In this document: piece after piece, positions 40,334 through 56,744 of the stretch | How the letters are laid out: the number at the start of each line of letters is the position of its first letter | Position numbering within the stretch: the first letter of the stretch is position 1 | Assembly (NCBI RefSeq): GCF_000181795.1 | Contig: NW_003526941.1 | Coordinates: 3,692,282-3,756,281 of the forward strand | Direction: 5' to 3' | From: Trichinella spiralis | Lineage: Eukaryota | Length of the DNA: 64,000 nt | Translations under genes and position numbers: made by a program | The notes under the pieces: generated by a model | The model's input: the letters and a program-made list of their open reading frames with translations, nothing else | Databases searched by the model: none | Told to the model about the DNA's origin: nothing

Positions 40334-43300
40334 TCAACCCAAAGTATCACGAGACGCCGGTGTAGCGGCGTTGGACCCGTCTTCTTCGACCACATCTTGT
40401 CCATCACTGACAGAAGATATTACAGTCGTTCTAATTTCTGCAACATTGGATAATAATGATTGCTGTTGCAATTCTGTAGCTGTTGCAATGATACCACCAC
40501 CACCACTACCAGCAGCAGCAGCAGCACTGATGTCAGAAGCAGAAGGAGTAGCACCAGCACCAACAGTAACAATATCAACGGCGGTTGGCATTGCTATCTG
40601 TGGTAATAATAATGATGGGGCTGTTGCTGCTGCGGATAGCAATGGTGCAGCAGAGGTTTCGGTTTTGCTCGACGCTTCCGATGCTGGAGGTGGAACATTG
40701 CGACGCTGGTGCTCCTCTTCGTAATGCAATTTCAGATCGTGAGATCCGGGAAAATGACGATCGCAGACGCGACAGACAAAAGACTTGCTGGTCTCGGCTG
40801 AACCGCCGTTTTCAACGGTGGTGGTGTTGATACTGCCGATCACAGTCCGATTTTCGTCAATAACGATGCCGTGCATTTTGAGCATGTGAGTTCGCAAGAA
40901 GTACTTGTTGCACACCTCCTTGTTGCAGATGTTGCAGAAATTTTTGCTCGGATTCCCAACGCCACCTCTGCCGGCGGAACGGTCCTTGCTTCCCGACCTG
41001 CTTGGCGTCGGTGTGGGCAAATTGATCGCCGGGCATCCGTCGCCGACAATACCGTGCACGCTGTACATGTGAACGCGCATGCAGTACTTGTTGGGAAAAT
41101 CTCGGCGACAAATTTCACAAAACCAATTGCCACCGTCGGATGCGGTCAGATCCGTACCCAAGGATGAAGCGTAGGCGGCGGCGGCAGCAGCGACGGCAGC
41201 GGTGGCGCCGGTATCCACAGGGGCGCTGGCCGGTAAGTTCGGCAACAGCATCGTCGGGCTGCGGCCGACAAACGGCGAGACCAGAGTATTGTCGAAACTG
41301 CCGTGATCACGGTATCGATGAGCAATCAAAGCGAAGAAGCTTGGAAACGATTTGACGCACAAATTGCACGACAACGTGCCGTTGATTGCCAAATCGGCAA
41401 TCGCCGGATTCCAATACCTCTGCTGCTGGCTTGCAACCGGAGAAGCGATCATATTATCAACAACACCAGTGACCGTTGACAATATGTCCAAACGTTGACG
41501 TTTCACGTCCACGCTTGATGCTTCATCCGCCGCTTGACTATTACCACCAGCAGCACTAGGGGCAGCAGCAGCAGCAGCAGCAGCACCAGTACCAACACTT
41601 GCACCATTTGTTGCGGGTGTTGAAATTCTTTTACTGTTATTATTATTATTGCTGTTGTTCCCAGTACTGGCACTGGATAAATTCAATACAGCAGCAGCAG
41701 CAGCAGCAACAGCTTGATCAGTTTCTACAGGCTGTTGTTGTTCTTGTTGCTGCAATTGTGGCTGCTGTTGTAGTTGTGGTTGTTGCTGCTGTTGCAGTTG
41801 TGGTTGCTGCTGCTGTTGCAGCTGTGGTTGCTGCTGCTGTTGTAGTTGTGGTTGCTGCTGGTGTTGTAATTGTGGTTGTTGCTGCTGCTGCAGTTGTGGC
41901 TGTTGCTGGTGTTGTAGTTGTGGATGTTGCTGCTGCTGTTGAGCATGTTTAGTAGTCGGTGAACGTTTCAGCTGCCTCATTGGATAATCGTCCATAAATA
42001 TACCGTGCATGTTGAGCTTGTGGGTTTTCAAAAAGTACTTGTTGCAAAATTCTTTTTGACAAATTTCACAATACGCATCCCGATCAAGCACCTGATGATG
42101 CAGACTGCCGCCGTTGCCCAACAGCACACCGTCCAAGCCGATACCCATGCTGGCCAGTATTTGTTGCTGCTGATGGAGGAAACCCATCGTGGCAAAATCC
42201 GTCGCATAAAATGACGACTGGTTGATCATGGCGTTGGAATGAGCGGTCAGAAAGTGACTCTGAAACAGCACCATCAATTGTCGACACATTGCGCACGTCA
42301 TGTCCGGTACAGTTGGCACATAGGAACCAGCGGGGGCGGTTGCTTGGGTAGTGTAAAAATGATTCGGCGACGGTGACTGACAACCATTATTAAACATTTG
42401 AGTTGGTAAAAATCTCTTATTGCTAAAAGCTGGTTGCTGTTGTGGTTGCTGCTGCTGCTGTTGTTGTTGTTGCTGTTGTTGTTGTGGTTGTGGTTGTGGT
42501 TCTTGCTGCTGCTGCGGCTGCAGTTGAATAGTGGGAATGAAGACAGGAGATTTAGCGTCACTGGCGAGAGGTGGCGGAGGCGGACTTTCGCAAGAGGACA
42601 ATAACGGTGTGACCATGTGATATGCATGCTTTTTCTTCTTGTGAGCATACAGAAATCGTTCAGCTCGAAAACGTTTGGCACAATATTCACATCTGAAAGG
42701 CATCTTGTCAACCAACCGCCTTGGCTGCCGCAGTTCATGGCTTCGCTTCAAATGGTGTCGGGCCAATTTGGATAACTTAATATCCAAGTGTGATACTGGT
42801 TGGTTGGTGACAATTTGCCTACCGTCGACGGTAGAAGAAATGGTCGACGACGAAGCGATGGGCGGTGTATTTTTGCAAACTGTCGCCGCCGCCGCCGCCG
42901 CCGAAGAAGAAGAACAAGCGGCTTTTTTCAATGCTAATTCCGATGAAATTGAATCAATCAAATCGCTAGCCGTCGACGTGTGCTGTTCAACAACGCCGTT
43001 GTTGCCGTGCAATTGGACAGTGTGCAGGTATAAAATTTCCGGATGAGAAAACTGCTGACCACAGTGCAAGCAAGGGTACAAATTGGTCGAGTTCTGGACC
43101 GCAGACGAATTGACTGTCAAGTCGACTGACTGACCGTCGGTCGGTCGTTCGACATCCAAATCGACTTCAGTATCCAGGCTCTTCTCCTGAAAAATGAATA
43201 ATGAATAATTCTTTTTAAATTCTATATTTTCAATAGAACAAGAAGAATAAGAATAGAAATTGAAAACAATAAAAAGGGGGAAGAGGAAAAATCAGCTTTG

Positions 43301-46300
43301 GTCTGGTGTAAAAACTGCAGTCGGCTAAAGCAAGCGCTGAAGCGCAAGCGGTCGACGAATTTAATTAATGATCAATGACCATCGCCACACACACACACAG
43401 ATACACTGGCGGACATGGATAGGGAGAATTGCCGTTGTAGATCATGCGTTTAAAAGTAATCACAAAATCGAAGAACCTGCCCAACGCACGCGCGTTTATT
43501 GTGCGTCCTCTCACAGTTGTTGTCGCATTATCCATTTATTCGATATTCATTTCGAGACGATCAATTTAAAATGCATGAAATTTGTTGTTCTCTGCACTTT
43601 CTTCCAATTTCAAAAATTTGTCACATTTCAATCGAAAATAAAAATTAATAAGAAAAATGATCCATTTTTTCCTCTTTCAAATAAACTCCCCCCACCTATT
43701 ATCGTTAATGGCATGCGTGTGTACAATTCATTACCCGAACCCCCGTGAACCGCTTGTCGGCTCCTTTCCATTCCAGTATAAAAATCCCCTTTCAGGTCGA
43801 AATATGCTAATTTCAAATTGTCAATAGAACAAAAAAATTTACATATATATATAATGTTTTTGTCATCAGTGTGCTTTTAATTATCATTGTTCACAACAAG
43901 CAGCGGAATGAGAAGTGGTGCACTTTTAAAAGTCAATTTAAAAGAAACCAATAGCAACAGATGAAAATGGAATTTTTTCATCCTATTTGCATTATAAGCA
44001 ACTGTTTATTATTATTATTATTGTACACTCGGATCGACCTATTGGGACAAGCAAATAAATAAATAAATAAACGTATGTTGTAAAAAGCACTTCACGCATG
44101 CCATTTCCTGCGTAAAGTTGCCGCATGCAAATTGTTCAAATCTTTTTTCTACATTTTTGCACATTTCTGATGATATATTTCTTAGTTTTATCGTCGTTGT
44201 TGCTGTTGCAACCACCATATAGCATTTAGAATTCGTGATTGAAAAGAATAAAAGCAAAATTAAATTGCAACATTTCACAAGATATATATATACATATATT
44301 TGCACATTTGAAATCGACCAAATTTAGTTAGTTTCGTAGTCAACAAACGATGATGGTTAGAGAAAAATAAAAGAACCATGCAATGCAACCATGTCGTCGT
44401 TGTGCAAAAATTGTAGTACAAAAGAAGAAGAAAAATCCCAATGAATCGACAAGCACAAATCAAACAAAGTGATTTAAATATTGGCAAGTTGTATTTCATC
44501 ACAGGAGAGTAGTTTCAATAGTTAGTTGATCAGTGTTGAGAGGGAATTTATCATCAAATAAAATCTTCCACATCACATCACATCACAGAAACAAACAAAC
44601 AAATAAATAAATTTGTATACAACATTTAACTATTACTATTGGGGAACGATGAGAAAGTAGAAAAGAAATGGAAATAGAAATAAACAAATAGAAATGTTGC
44701 TTGTCATTTTGAAAATCAATTCCTCAAAAGCGTGTGTATTTTATATTGAGTTTCATTAAAATAAAAATTTTAAAAGTGTGCAACATTGTGAAATAAATGC
44801 AAATACGCTAATTCGCAATGATACAGCAGAATTGATTTTTCTCCAAGCAAAACGGTATCGATAAAATTTTGTACAAGTGAATTTTAATTATTCAATTGAA
44901 ACAGAATTTTTTTATTTCGAGGAAATAATTATTTGAAACGAATGTCTCTGATGATGATGATGATGATGTAATTTCCGTTCCTCATTTAAATTTATTATTT
45001 TTTAGAAAAAAAAGCAAAGTGCATTTGAATCGGTCGGTCGGTTGGTGAAGTGTGAAAGGACAAGAAGGAGATATCGATTATCGTCATCACAGTTTGCTCA
45101 GTTGTAAACTAAATATGTACAAAGGAGTGGTATAATTTATTAGCATGGTTTTTTTCTCGTTTAATGAAAAAAATGAAAATGGTTGATTATTGTGTGCACG
45201 TGGAAAGAGAAAATTTTGAACGAGGCCAAGTTGATTATAAAGAAGCACAAAGCTAAAAAAAATAAGTCGAGCGAGTGGAACGGGAAATGTCCATTCCCAC
45301 ATACTGTGGCGGAAAAACTTGACCTCGATGATGTAATTATCCTAATGATGGACTGAAAGTGGAGAATAAAAAAGAGAAAGATGTGGTCGACCGGTTGGTT
45401 ACGTATATGCGACAAGTGAAATGGAAAAAAACGAAAATAAGCCTGCATAGCAGATTAAAGGTTGTGTAAAGTAAATTTTGATGGTCATTTTTTCCAAAAA
45501 CTTTGCCAATCGAAGAACAACTCCAACTCAGAAAAGAGTCATGCATACAATATCGGTGTTTCAATATTTGATCATGCACAATACAGAGTGAGAAGAAATG
45601 GAAGAAAAATTGACCGGTCGAATTTAAGCAAAAGCAAACACCGTTCACCTGTCTATATGCATCTGGTGCGCATATACTTTTTGTTTGCACAATTCTACAT
45701 TGACCGGAAGAATAGATGGTGAATGCAAATAAAAAAAAATAAACAAATATATATATATAATGATGAGAAAATGGAATTAAATTTGAAACAAATAAGAAAA
45801 TAGACTTACGTCAAATGTAGGATGTGCTTCTTTGATGTGATTTTGTAAATAAGTAGGATTGAGAAAAAGCATATCACAAATGTCGCAACGAACGGTAATA
45901 GTCAATGATTCATCTTCATCATCTGCAAATTCATTTCCATCATTATTAATATTATTATTATCACTTTCTCCTTCTTCATCTTCATCTTCCTCATTATCGT
46001 CTTCGTCGTTGTCGTCTTCGTCATCATCATCATCGTTGTAATCATTCACATCAACACCAACAGCAACTGATGTTTGTCGACCATTGGTGATATTATATGT
46101 AGTAGCAGCAGTGGTGCAGGGTGGGTTGAAATTGTTCAAAAGTTGAGGCGAATCGGTTTCAACATGCTGCTGCTGGTCAGCGGAAATTGCAATCCGCTGA
46201 CAATGGTCATTGCTGAGCTGACCGTGCTGGAGAATCATGTGAGCTTGGAGTTCGGTCCGGTGATTGAAGCCCAAAGAACAGTGGATACAGCTCAAACTTG

Positions 46301-46517
46301 GGGCGGGGGTGTGTTTTTTCAAATTGCCAACAGGAGGCGGTGTTGCCGTATCGCCAGTCGAATTGGTGTTCGTTTGTGGTTGGGAACTTGCAGGGGCGTT
46401 GCCAGTGGTTCCATTTTGATTTTGACCATTTTCAGTTGCTGTGGTTGGTTTCTCAGACGATTCCGAATTGCACTGATCAGAGTCATTGTTGTCCGTCAAA
46501 CGGCACACGTTCAGCAT
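40334..46517 (-). CDS. Large C2H2 zinc-finger protein (about 1,190 aa, 9-10 dispersed fingers, polyQ/polyA/acidic tracts), at least 2 exons
   Basis: Exon 45810-46517 (donor GAC|GTAAGT) joins in phase 0 to exon 40334-43186 (TTTCAG acceptor). Fingers include CEICQKEFCNKYFLKTHKLNMH, CNICNKEVCNKYFLRTHMLKMH and CEYCAKRFRAERFLYAHKKKKH. Confidence 0.88.
41731..41940 (-). repeat. Coding minisatellite, mostly 24-nt units encoding (PQLQQQQQ) x8
   Basis: Eight PQL units in the 941-aa ORF translation. Confidence 0.9.
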
Positions 46518-49500
46518 AATATAATATTAATATTTCTTTTTCTCGTTCGTTCTACCGTTCACACACACACACACTATCTTTTTCTCGAATTGCTATCTAC
46601 AACACAACATGTAATAATAAGAAATAAAATTATTTTAAAAAATAAATAAATAAATAAATAAATAAACAAACAAACAAATATTATTATTATTATTTCTCCA
46701 TTTCCGACGATGATGAATAATTTGACACGGTAGAAAGAAAGCAAGATAGAGATGTAGAAAACAACAACGCTAACCCCAAAGCGAACAATAAATTGAACCG
46801 AACCGAGGAAAGATTAAATGTTAACAGAGAGCAAAAAAGTATAGATAATATAATAAAAAGAAATATTTCACCTCCACTAGCAGCTGTCCATCAAAAATAT
46901 TCGCTGACCAATGGCCGGCCGGCCAGTTTCCGTGCCGTCGGTCGATTAATATAATTAGTGTTAGGCGTCGTGCGCGACCCCTGCCGTCGCTGACCCGTTG
47001 CCTGTCGTGGGGTCGTGGTCAGTTTAAACGTGTAATAATATTTTTCTGCTTGTAGTAATCATGGTGGAGAAAAAAAATTTTTTTCCACACGCAAACAGCA
47101 AAAGCAAGCAAGCAAGTACGAGAGAGAGAGAAAGAGAAAAAGCAGAAAAAAAATTAGGTCACTGGCGCAACCTATTTGCTATGGACGAAGAATAAGGGGA
47201 TTAGGCCTGGCAGAAGAACCAACTGATGATCACACGAGCCATTGTATTTTTGGATCCATTTTTGGGGTCGCCGTAGAGCAGTGTGTTGAAATGAGAAAAA
47301 AATAAAAAATATAATAATAATACCCAGTGCTGACGTTGACCTAATTTTATTTTATTTTCATTTTCCACGATCACGATAATCGTGAAATAAAAGTACGACG
47401 TAAGAAAAAACCAATACAGTCATCATCACTTTCACTTTCACTTTCCTACTAAATAACACTTGCTTTTTTTTGTACAACTTGTTCCACTGAACAAGTCGGT
47501 CAATCGATCAAGTCAACTTTTGACTTTTCAAATATTAAAATGCAATATTCAAATTTATTGTTATTAAACAAAAAACAATTTTTTTATTTTTTTGCTTTCC
47601 TAAACTGTTCAAATTATTTGCATAAATATTGTCGACCGAACATGAGCAGTAAATAATGTTTGGTCAATCGAGCAGAAAAGTGAACCTGCCTGCGTTGGAA
47701 ACGATTTTTCAAAAAAAGCAAGAACAAAAAGAAGTTGAATAAATATCGACTTTTTTTTACTTAGTGTTCTTTTTTTAAAAATTCATATTCTTCCCCGTTT
47801 ATTATTTATTTATTTATTTATTTATTTATTCAACGACCTGAAAATTATTACGAGTCTATACAAGTCGTCGTCGACTAGACAAACGAATAGGAAACTATTG
47901 AATAATAACAATAAGATCGTTTTGAAACTTAAACACGCTACAATCATCATCACTACAGTCGAGTCGATGATAAGGAATGTGCATGCAAATTTTTAAACTT
48001 TACCAAGGAAAAATCTTTTCTTTTTTATAAACCTCAAAATATACATAATATACAATTTCTACTTTTGGACAAAACCAAAAAAAAAATAATATTGAATAAT
48101 AAATTATTTCATAATATCAAAATATGAAAACCACAAACACAAATTCAATGGAAATTCACTTCATTTCGAACAATTAACCCATTTTCAAAGAAAAACAAAC
48201 AAAACAAAACAAAATACGATCTTCTACTTAGATTGATTTTGATGATGAAAAAAAATTATTTCACCTTTTTTTTCATTGAAAAATAATTTAATTAATAATT
48301 CCTCTTTTTTTGTCCATTGTATAATTTATTTTATTTTATTTTATTATCAAACACGACCGTACTTTTACTGTAGATCAAGACGCGAGCGATACTGAACGAA
48401 CGGTGTTTTACTACATCGATCAACGTCGACGTTGATTTACCATAAAATTCATCACAACCCGAAAAACTGTTGTTCGATTCATTGAAAATTCAAACTTGCT
48501 CAACTACATTGTAATGTTGAATAAATTGAATTTCGATTTCGATCATTTTAATAATAATTAATGAATGATTAAAATTTGAAACGTAACAATGGATGTAAAA
48601 ATTAATTTAAAAAAGAAAAACTTTGTACAGTAATAAATTGACATACCTTTCTTCATCAAGAGAAAAATCATCGACAATTCCGCTTCTACTGTAACTTTTC
48701 AACCACTGCAATCGCAACAACACTGAAATATTTTTCAAATTAAATAAAAAGTAATTGCAACTTTCTCAAATAGTTATTCATAATAATAATAATAATAATA
48801 ATTGCTCAAATAGTAATCGTTTAAAATTATTTGTAAAATGCCCACTAGCTAACTTTGTAAGGGTTAGATTGAAGTAAAATAAATAAATAAATGGATAGTA
48901 TAGACTAAGTTGCATAGAGTTTGATGAAAATCAGTTGGTGCATGTTGTAAAAATATTTCTTACATATATATATATACATAAATTTCCGCTACGATAACTT
49001 TGACCCAATGTCAATAGAATAGTAATGTTATACAAATTGTGCACCTGTTCTTCAACAGTAGAAGAAATATGAATGGAAATTTTGAAATAATAAAAAAACA
49101 TAATAATAATAAGAAGAAGAAGATGACCCATCGCCTGTTGACCTGAACACAGCATGAGCTGCCGTGAAGCACTTTGTCAGCACTTCAACTTTTTCTCCAC
49201 CTCCTCCTTCAATATCACAAACACATTTTGCATACTTGAATATTTTTAATTTCACAACAATTCTTCGATAAAATAACAATTGATGTACGATTGATTTTAA
49301 TTTTGAAAAATAAAAAGAAAACTTTTTTTTCAAACGTTCAAAACAACAATAGAAAAATTACAATAAATCATCCACCATTGTGTGTCTTGTGGTGAATGTG
49401 TTCAATTTTAAAAAATCAAAATAATCGTAAATCATCCGTGGAGAATTTAAATTTTAACGTTCAAATGATTTTCACTTGAAGAAAAAAACATTTTATTTTA

Positions 49501-52196
49501 CCACCACCATTGTAAAAATAATATTAAAAAATAAAACAACAACAACAACAAAATTTCAAAACCTGGCACACAAAATACCAATAATAATAATAATAATAAA
49601 TAAGCAAGTGACAAATCACCTCTGAAGCCGCAAAGCAACGTGAAGCTGATTTTTAATTTAAGCTTATCAATCGCCGGGGATTCACTGTGGTAAAATGTTT
49701 TTAATCACCGACCGACGACTATTGGTGAAACCGTCTCTCCGATCGATCGATCCCAATCCCAATATTCATGCAATGCGATAAAATTTTATTGCAATTTTTT
49801 AAAATCAACCACACTCCTCAGTCGACCCATCGCGTGCATGCAAAAAAAAGAAATTTTTTTTAATCGATTCATTTTTAATCTCTACAATACAACAACAAAT
49901 AAATTTACTTTTTTTAAAAAACAATCCTACAATTATTTGCATACACTTGCGCTGATTGTTCTCTTTTTCATTGTTGCGGAAAATTTTAATCGCACACAAC
50001 ATGCATTTTACACTATTTGAGATTAGTGAATTTTAAAAGAAAACATTCAAACTACTCTACTGACTAACTGACTGACTGACTGACTGACATTCCAGTAAAT
50101 CATCAGCCCACTTGAAAACACTAAAAATACACACATATAACAACTTCAGCAAACGACATGAACAACAAAAACAACAATCGAAATGTTTCAACTAATTTCC
50201 TATGAAATATTTATCATAGAAAATATATCAATATATATATACATATTGTACGCGTGTGTAAATTTGAAAAACTAGATCTTTTCATTCATTCATTCATTCA
50301 ACAATAATTTCTCAATCTCACTCACCGTTTACAGTAATTTTTTTTCCAAACAATAATAAATTCTTCTATTTTAGATTTTCAACAACAATTCAAATTGTCC
50401 ACAATGTTCGAATGATTGAAGAAACTCAATTTCACCCCGGGCAATATGATCATGATCACGATGAACAATTTGACCCTTCAGATTTTTGTTCAACACGCTT
50501 TTCACATACTCTCTCAATCTCTCTCTCTCTCTGCATTTTTACACCAATTCAACTTGATAACTATTGAAAAAATTTTTTCATTTCAACAAATGGACACTGG
50601 CCATCGGTCAAGGCCGGCCGACAACAACTGATAATACCGAATACATATATATACGTATATATATATCTATAATGAGACGCTTTTTTCCTGCAAAATGCTT
50701 CTCTCCGCTCGTTGTGTTGCTACTTATGCTGACCCGTTGACAAATTTCACGTTGCCCTTGAAAAAATTCCACTCCAGTGTTGACCAATGGTCAAAATAAA
50801 ACTGGTCACTTGTCGTTATGGCGCCCCCAATTGTCGGTGAAGCGAAAGTCGTGGCCGGCGCTAACGGCATTTCAAAGAAAACTAATTCATGGGAAAATTG
50901 ATGCACTTTAACGACCAACCAACCCCACACACACGAAGCCCAATTTCACTTCTCCTGTCAATTCAAATTCAAACGGTCAACTCAATCCCACACTTCCACT
51001 GCTAGAAATTATTACAACATCTTGAACATTGTTTTGGAACAAAAAAAACTCAACCATTTCAATCATATTTATTTCAAAGGTGAAATCAAAACTAAAATTA
51101 TTGTTCTTTCTGGTCATTTACAATTCAATACAGTAATCTAAATTATGCGTTTTTCTTCGTCAAATACTGATTGTGAACAAATTGAAATAAAAACTGGAAA
51201 CATTTCATTAGAGAAAATTATGATTTGAATCAAATTCCGAAATGAGCAAATTTTCACCAAACTTTACCAAACTCACTTCTCTCAACGTCAATTTGAAAAT
51301 ATTTTTCTCTTACACCATCACATTACTTACAATCGTTCGAGTTTATCTTTTTGCAGACTACTTTTTTTTCTCTCACTTCTTCCTTACTTCTATTTACAGA
51401 AGAAAAAAATTGAATTCAGTCAACGTCACAAAGTTAGAAATTTGCATTCATCATCTCAAACAGTGTGTACTTTTTTTTCGATTGATTATTTCAATCGCCA
51501 AGAACTAACTAATTGCTTGTTATTTATTCAACGTTCGAACAAATAGTGGAAACTTTGAAGCAATGCCGTTTAAAATATTTTTTTTAAATAATAAATAATG
51601 CTCAATTCACACAATTTGAATTGGTTTGAATGAAAAAAACAAATTGAACACTTACGTTCGTCATTGGAAAAAGAACACTCGACAAATCTCTTCTCAGTCA
51701 TCGATTTCAATCGAAGTGAGCACAACTGGGTCATCGTCGAGCGGAGCAAAGTGAAACTTTTTTCTTTTTCAAATTCAAATCAACACTCCAACCAAACCAC
51801 TACTTACTGTCTCAATCAGAAGTTTTACCGCCTCGTACAGACAACTAACCTGACTTTTCTTTTACACACTGTAACAATTTTCAAAAATTTCAACTGGATT
51901 ACTGTCAGTTAGTAAATGAACATTAATTTTGAAATAAAAAGAGAAATTAATTTCAAAAAAATTATATTTTAATAATAGAATTCTCCAGCTTGACTGTGCC
52001 TTGAAATATACATCGAAGTCGAGAAAACAAGAACATTGATATCCGATGTAAAGGTTGATCAAATGGAGAAAAGTCGGAACAATAATAACAACTATTCTCT
52101 TTAAAACAATGCATAATAATAAATGAATGAATGATGTATATACACACACATGGAACCGAAGAAAGCACACAGGATAAGGAGAGGTTGAAAAAAAAA

Positions 52197-54405
<2,209 letters not shown>

Positions 54406-55056
54406 TTCACAACTTTCCCGCAATTCAAATTATCAACCTGAAAAATCACAACGTAACAAAAAACAAAAAATACAACAGTAAAAACACAAATCAAGGCTAG
54501 AAATCTTTAAACTACTAAAGTTGGACATAAGCATACAGCATATGAACATTGAAAAGTTAAAACTACATTGAAAAATTGTCGATTAAAGACAACTTTCTTG
54601 ATTATCAAAATAAATTTGAGTAAAATAATATCAAAAATTATTTACGACGAAATATTTTCATTCATAAAGAATAACCATGCACAACGAAATCGATAAACAT
54701 CAAATATAGCTTGCATAACAAACAATGGAAACAACAACACAAAGCAACATTGAAGAATTCTATATATAACCACAAGATTTTACTTAATCTGATCGTAAAA
54801 CTGAAATTATTTATTAAAAAATAAATACAACCATCAAACAATAGATGCGGAAAAATGATCAAATGCCAAGTAACAACAAAAAAATGAAAAATGCTTACTA
54901 TTTTCAAGATTAATACTTATTGACGTAGACTATTCTTAAGGACGTATTCACAAAAATCCACAATATCAACTGTTCTACACAAGAAAATCGCAATGGAATG
55001 AAGAAGAACAAGCCTCGCAGTCAATATGTTACGTTAAAAACGCGTGTGATAAACTG

Positions 55057-55081
55057 ATTGGTTAAGCTAAAGTTGACGTGT
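55057..55081. promoter_or_regulatory. Candidate unfolded-protein-response element: CCAAT box (ATTGG 55057-55061) plus TGACGTGT (55074-55081)
   Basis: Motifs read directly about 650 bp upstream of the BiP ATG. TGACGTG is the established XBP1/ATF6-type core and CCAAT boxes accompany ER-stress elements. The spacing is not the canonical ERSE. Confidence 0.5.
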
Positions 55082-55608
55082 ACAATTGCGTTTACCTGAA
55101 AATCATTAATTACAACGTATACTGTATTCGTGCTTATTTTTTATTAAAATTTACAAAAATATGTTTGTAAAATTTAGAAAATCCATAAACTACACATTTA
55201 TAATTTTTAAATTACACATTTTACTCTTATATCCAGCGTTTACAGTAAAACAAAACAGTCAATTTTATATATGAAAATTAAGCTTTAGTATAGTTATAAT
55301 TTAATTTTAATATAGTTTTAATTTAAATTTTAAGTTTTATTAATTTTTTAATTTGTAATTGCACAGCGTAATTATTTTATAATTATAACAAAAACGTTCC
55401 TGTAAGAAATGCATATACATGACTGATCTGACAAACTTTAAAGAAAACTTCATTATTTGTAATCTGAAAATAAACTAATGAGCAACAATCGAATACTTGA
55501 AATGATGTGCTACGTGGATTTATTTAATGCTTAGTTTTCTAATATACTGTAAGACAGTTTTTGCCTTCGACGTGTTCTGAAGCTTAGGATTTGTGTGAAA
55601 CTGTGAAA

Positions 55609-56744
55609 ATGAACGGCGAAGAGGATACACATGATCAAATATCAGTTCGGTTTTTGAACCGCTTAGATGTTTATTTGTCGAGTAACAAATTCTACGATGC
55701 TCATCAGACTTACCGTGCTCTTGCTACTCGATGGACTCAGCAACGAAAATTTTCTTCACTATTGCCAATACTGTACGAATCTGTTGGAAAATTTTCTGAG
55801 AAAGGGCAGAATCTTATTGCTGAAGATATGGCTGGTTTGTACGTTGCCGCTTTGAAAGCATCCAAAAGCCCTATAAATTGTTCTGTTATTTCAAATCTGA
55901 AATCAATCTTTCAATGGATGATTCTTAATTGCAAATCAGAAAGTCAAGAGCGATTTTTAAGTCAAATTCTTGGTTGGTCCTTGGAAGTATCCCCAGAATA
56001 TCCCCGTGGGCATCCTGATTTGCATCGTATGTATGTGGAAGTTTATCATGGTGCTGGAAACTTTCATTCTTCAATATTTCACATCATGTTAATTGACGAT
56101 GGCCAGGTATCGATGATGTTTATTTTGACTAATTGCTGTAGTTTAACATTAGCTTTGATCATTTCTGTGACATTTTTTTCATTTTTCAGTATATAGGGAA
56201 ATATCTGGCAGAATGTTATTCGAAATATGCCTTCCCAAGCGAACTGGACATTTTTATCACTCAGTTTATTTTACGGTTTTTATGCAACGACGGTGAAAAG
56301 TCTGTTGCTAGTGATATTTTGAATACTTATTTTGAGTTGGTGGTTAATAGCCCAAAGAAGTATCCTTTGCATAGCTTTTTATGGCTCTTGCTGATTTGTT
56401 TGGAAACGAAGTCTTTGCCGTTTTTCAAATTTCTTTTGAAATATTACGGGTCTTCGCTCAACAGAGACCCACTGTTTGCAGAATATTTGGATAAAATTTC
56501 AAAGCGTTACTTTGGGGTACCACTGCAAGAAAATAATCGCAGCAGTAATTTTTTTGGAAATATTGTTCGACAAATTTTCTGCAGTGATGGTAATGATGCT
56601 ACGTCATCTACGGTTGGACAGTTGGCTTCACGCGATGTTAATGCTAATCCAAATAATATCCCGGTCTCCAAGCCATCTTCTTCATCGTCCACTGCCGGTT
56701 CGTCGCAAGTTAAAGCTTTTCACGATGACGACGCCCTTGATTAA
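55609..56744 (+). CDS. GET4: Golgi to ER traffic protein 4 (GET4/TRC35), 2 exons
   Basis: Exons 55609-56106 and 56190-56744. FYDAHQTYRAL, GHPDLH, FPSELDIFITQFILRFLC, PLHSFLWLLL and SLNRDPLFAEYLDKISKRYFG follow the GET4 pattern. Confidence 0.9.

Noticed and set aside
40320..43046. Several 70-150 aa ORFs overlapping the zinc-finger exon
   Set aside because: Shadow frames of a GC-rich, low-complexity coding exon.
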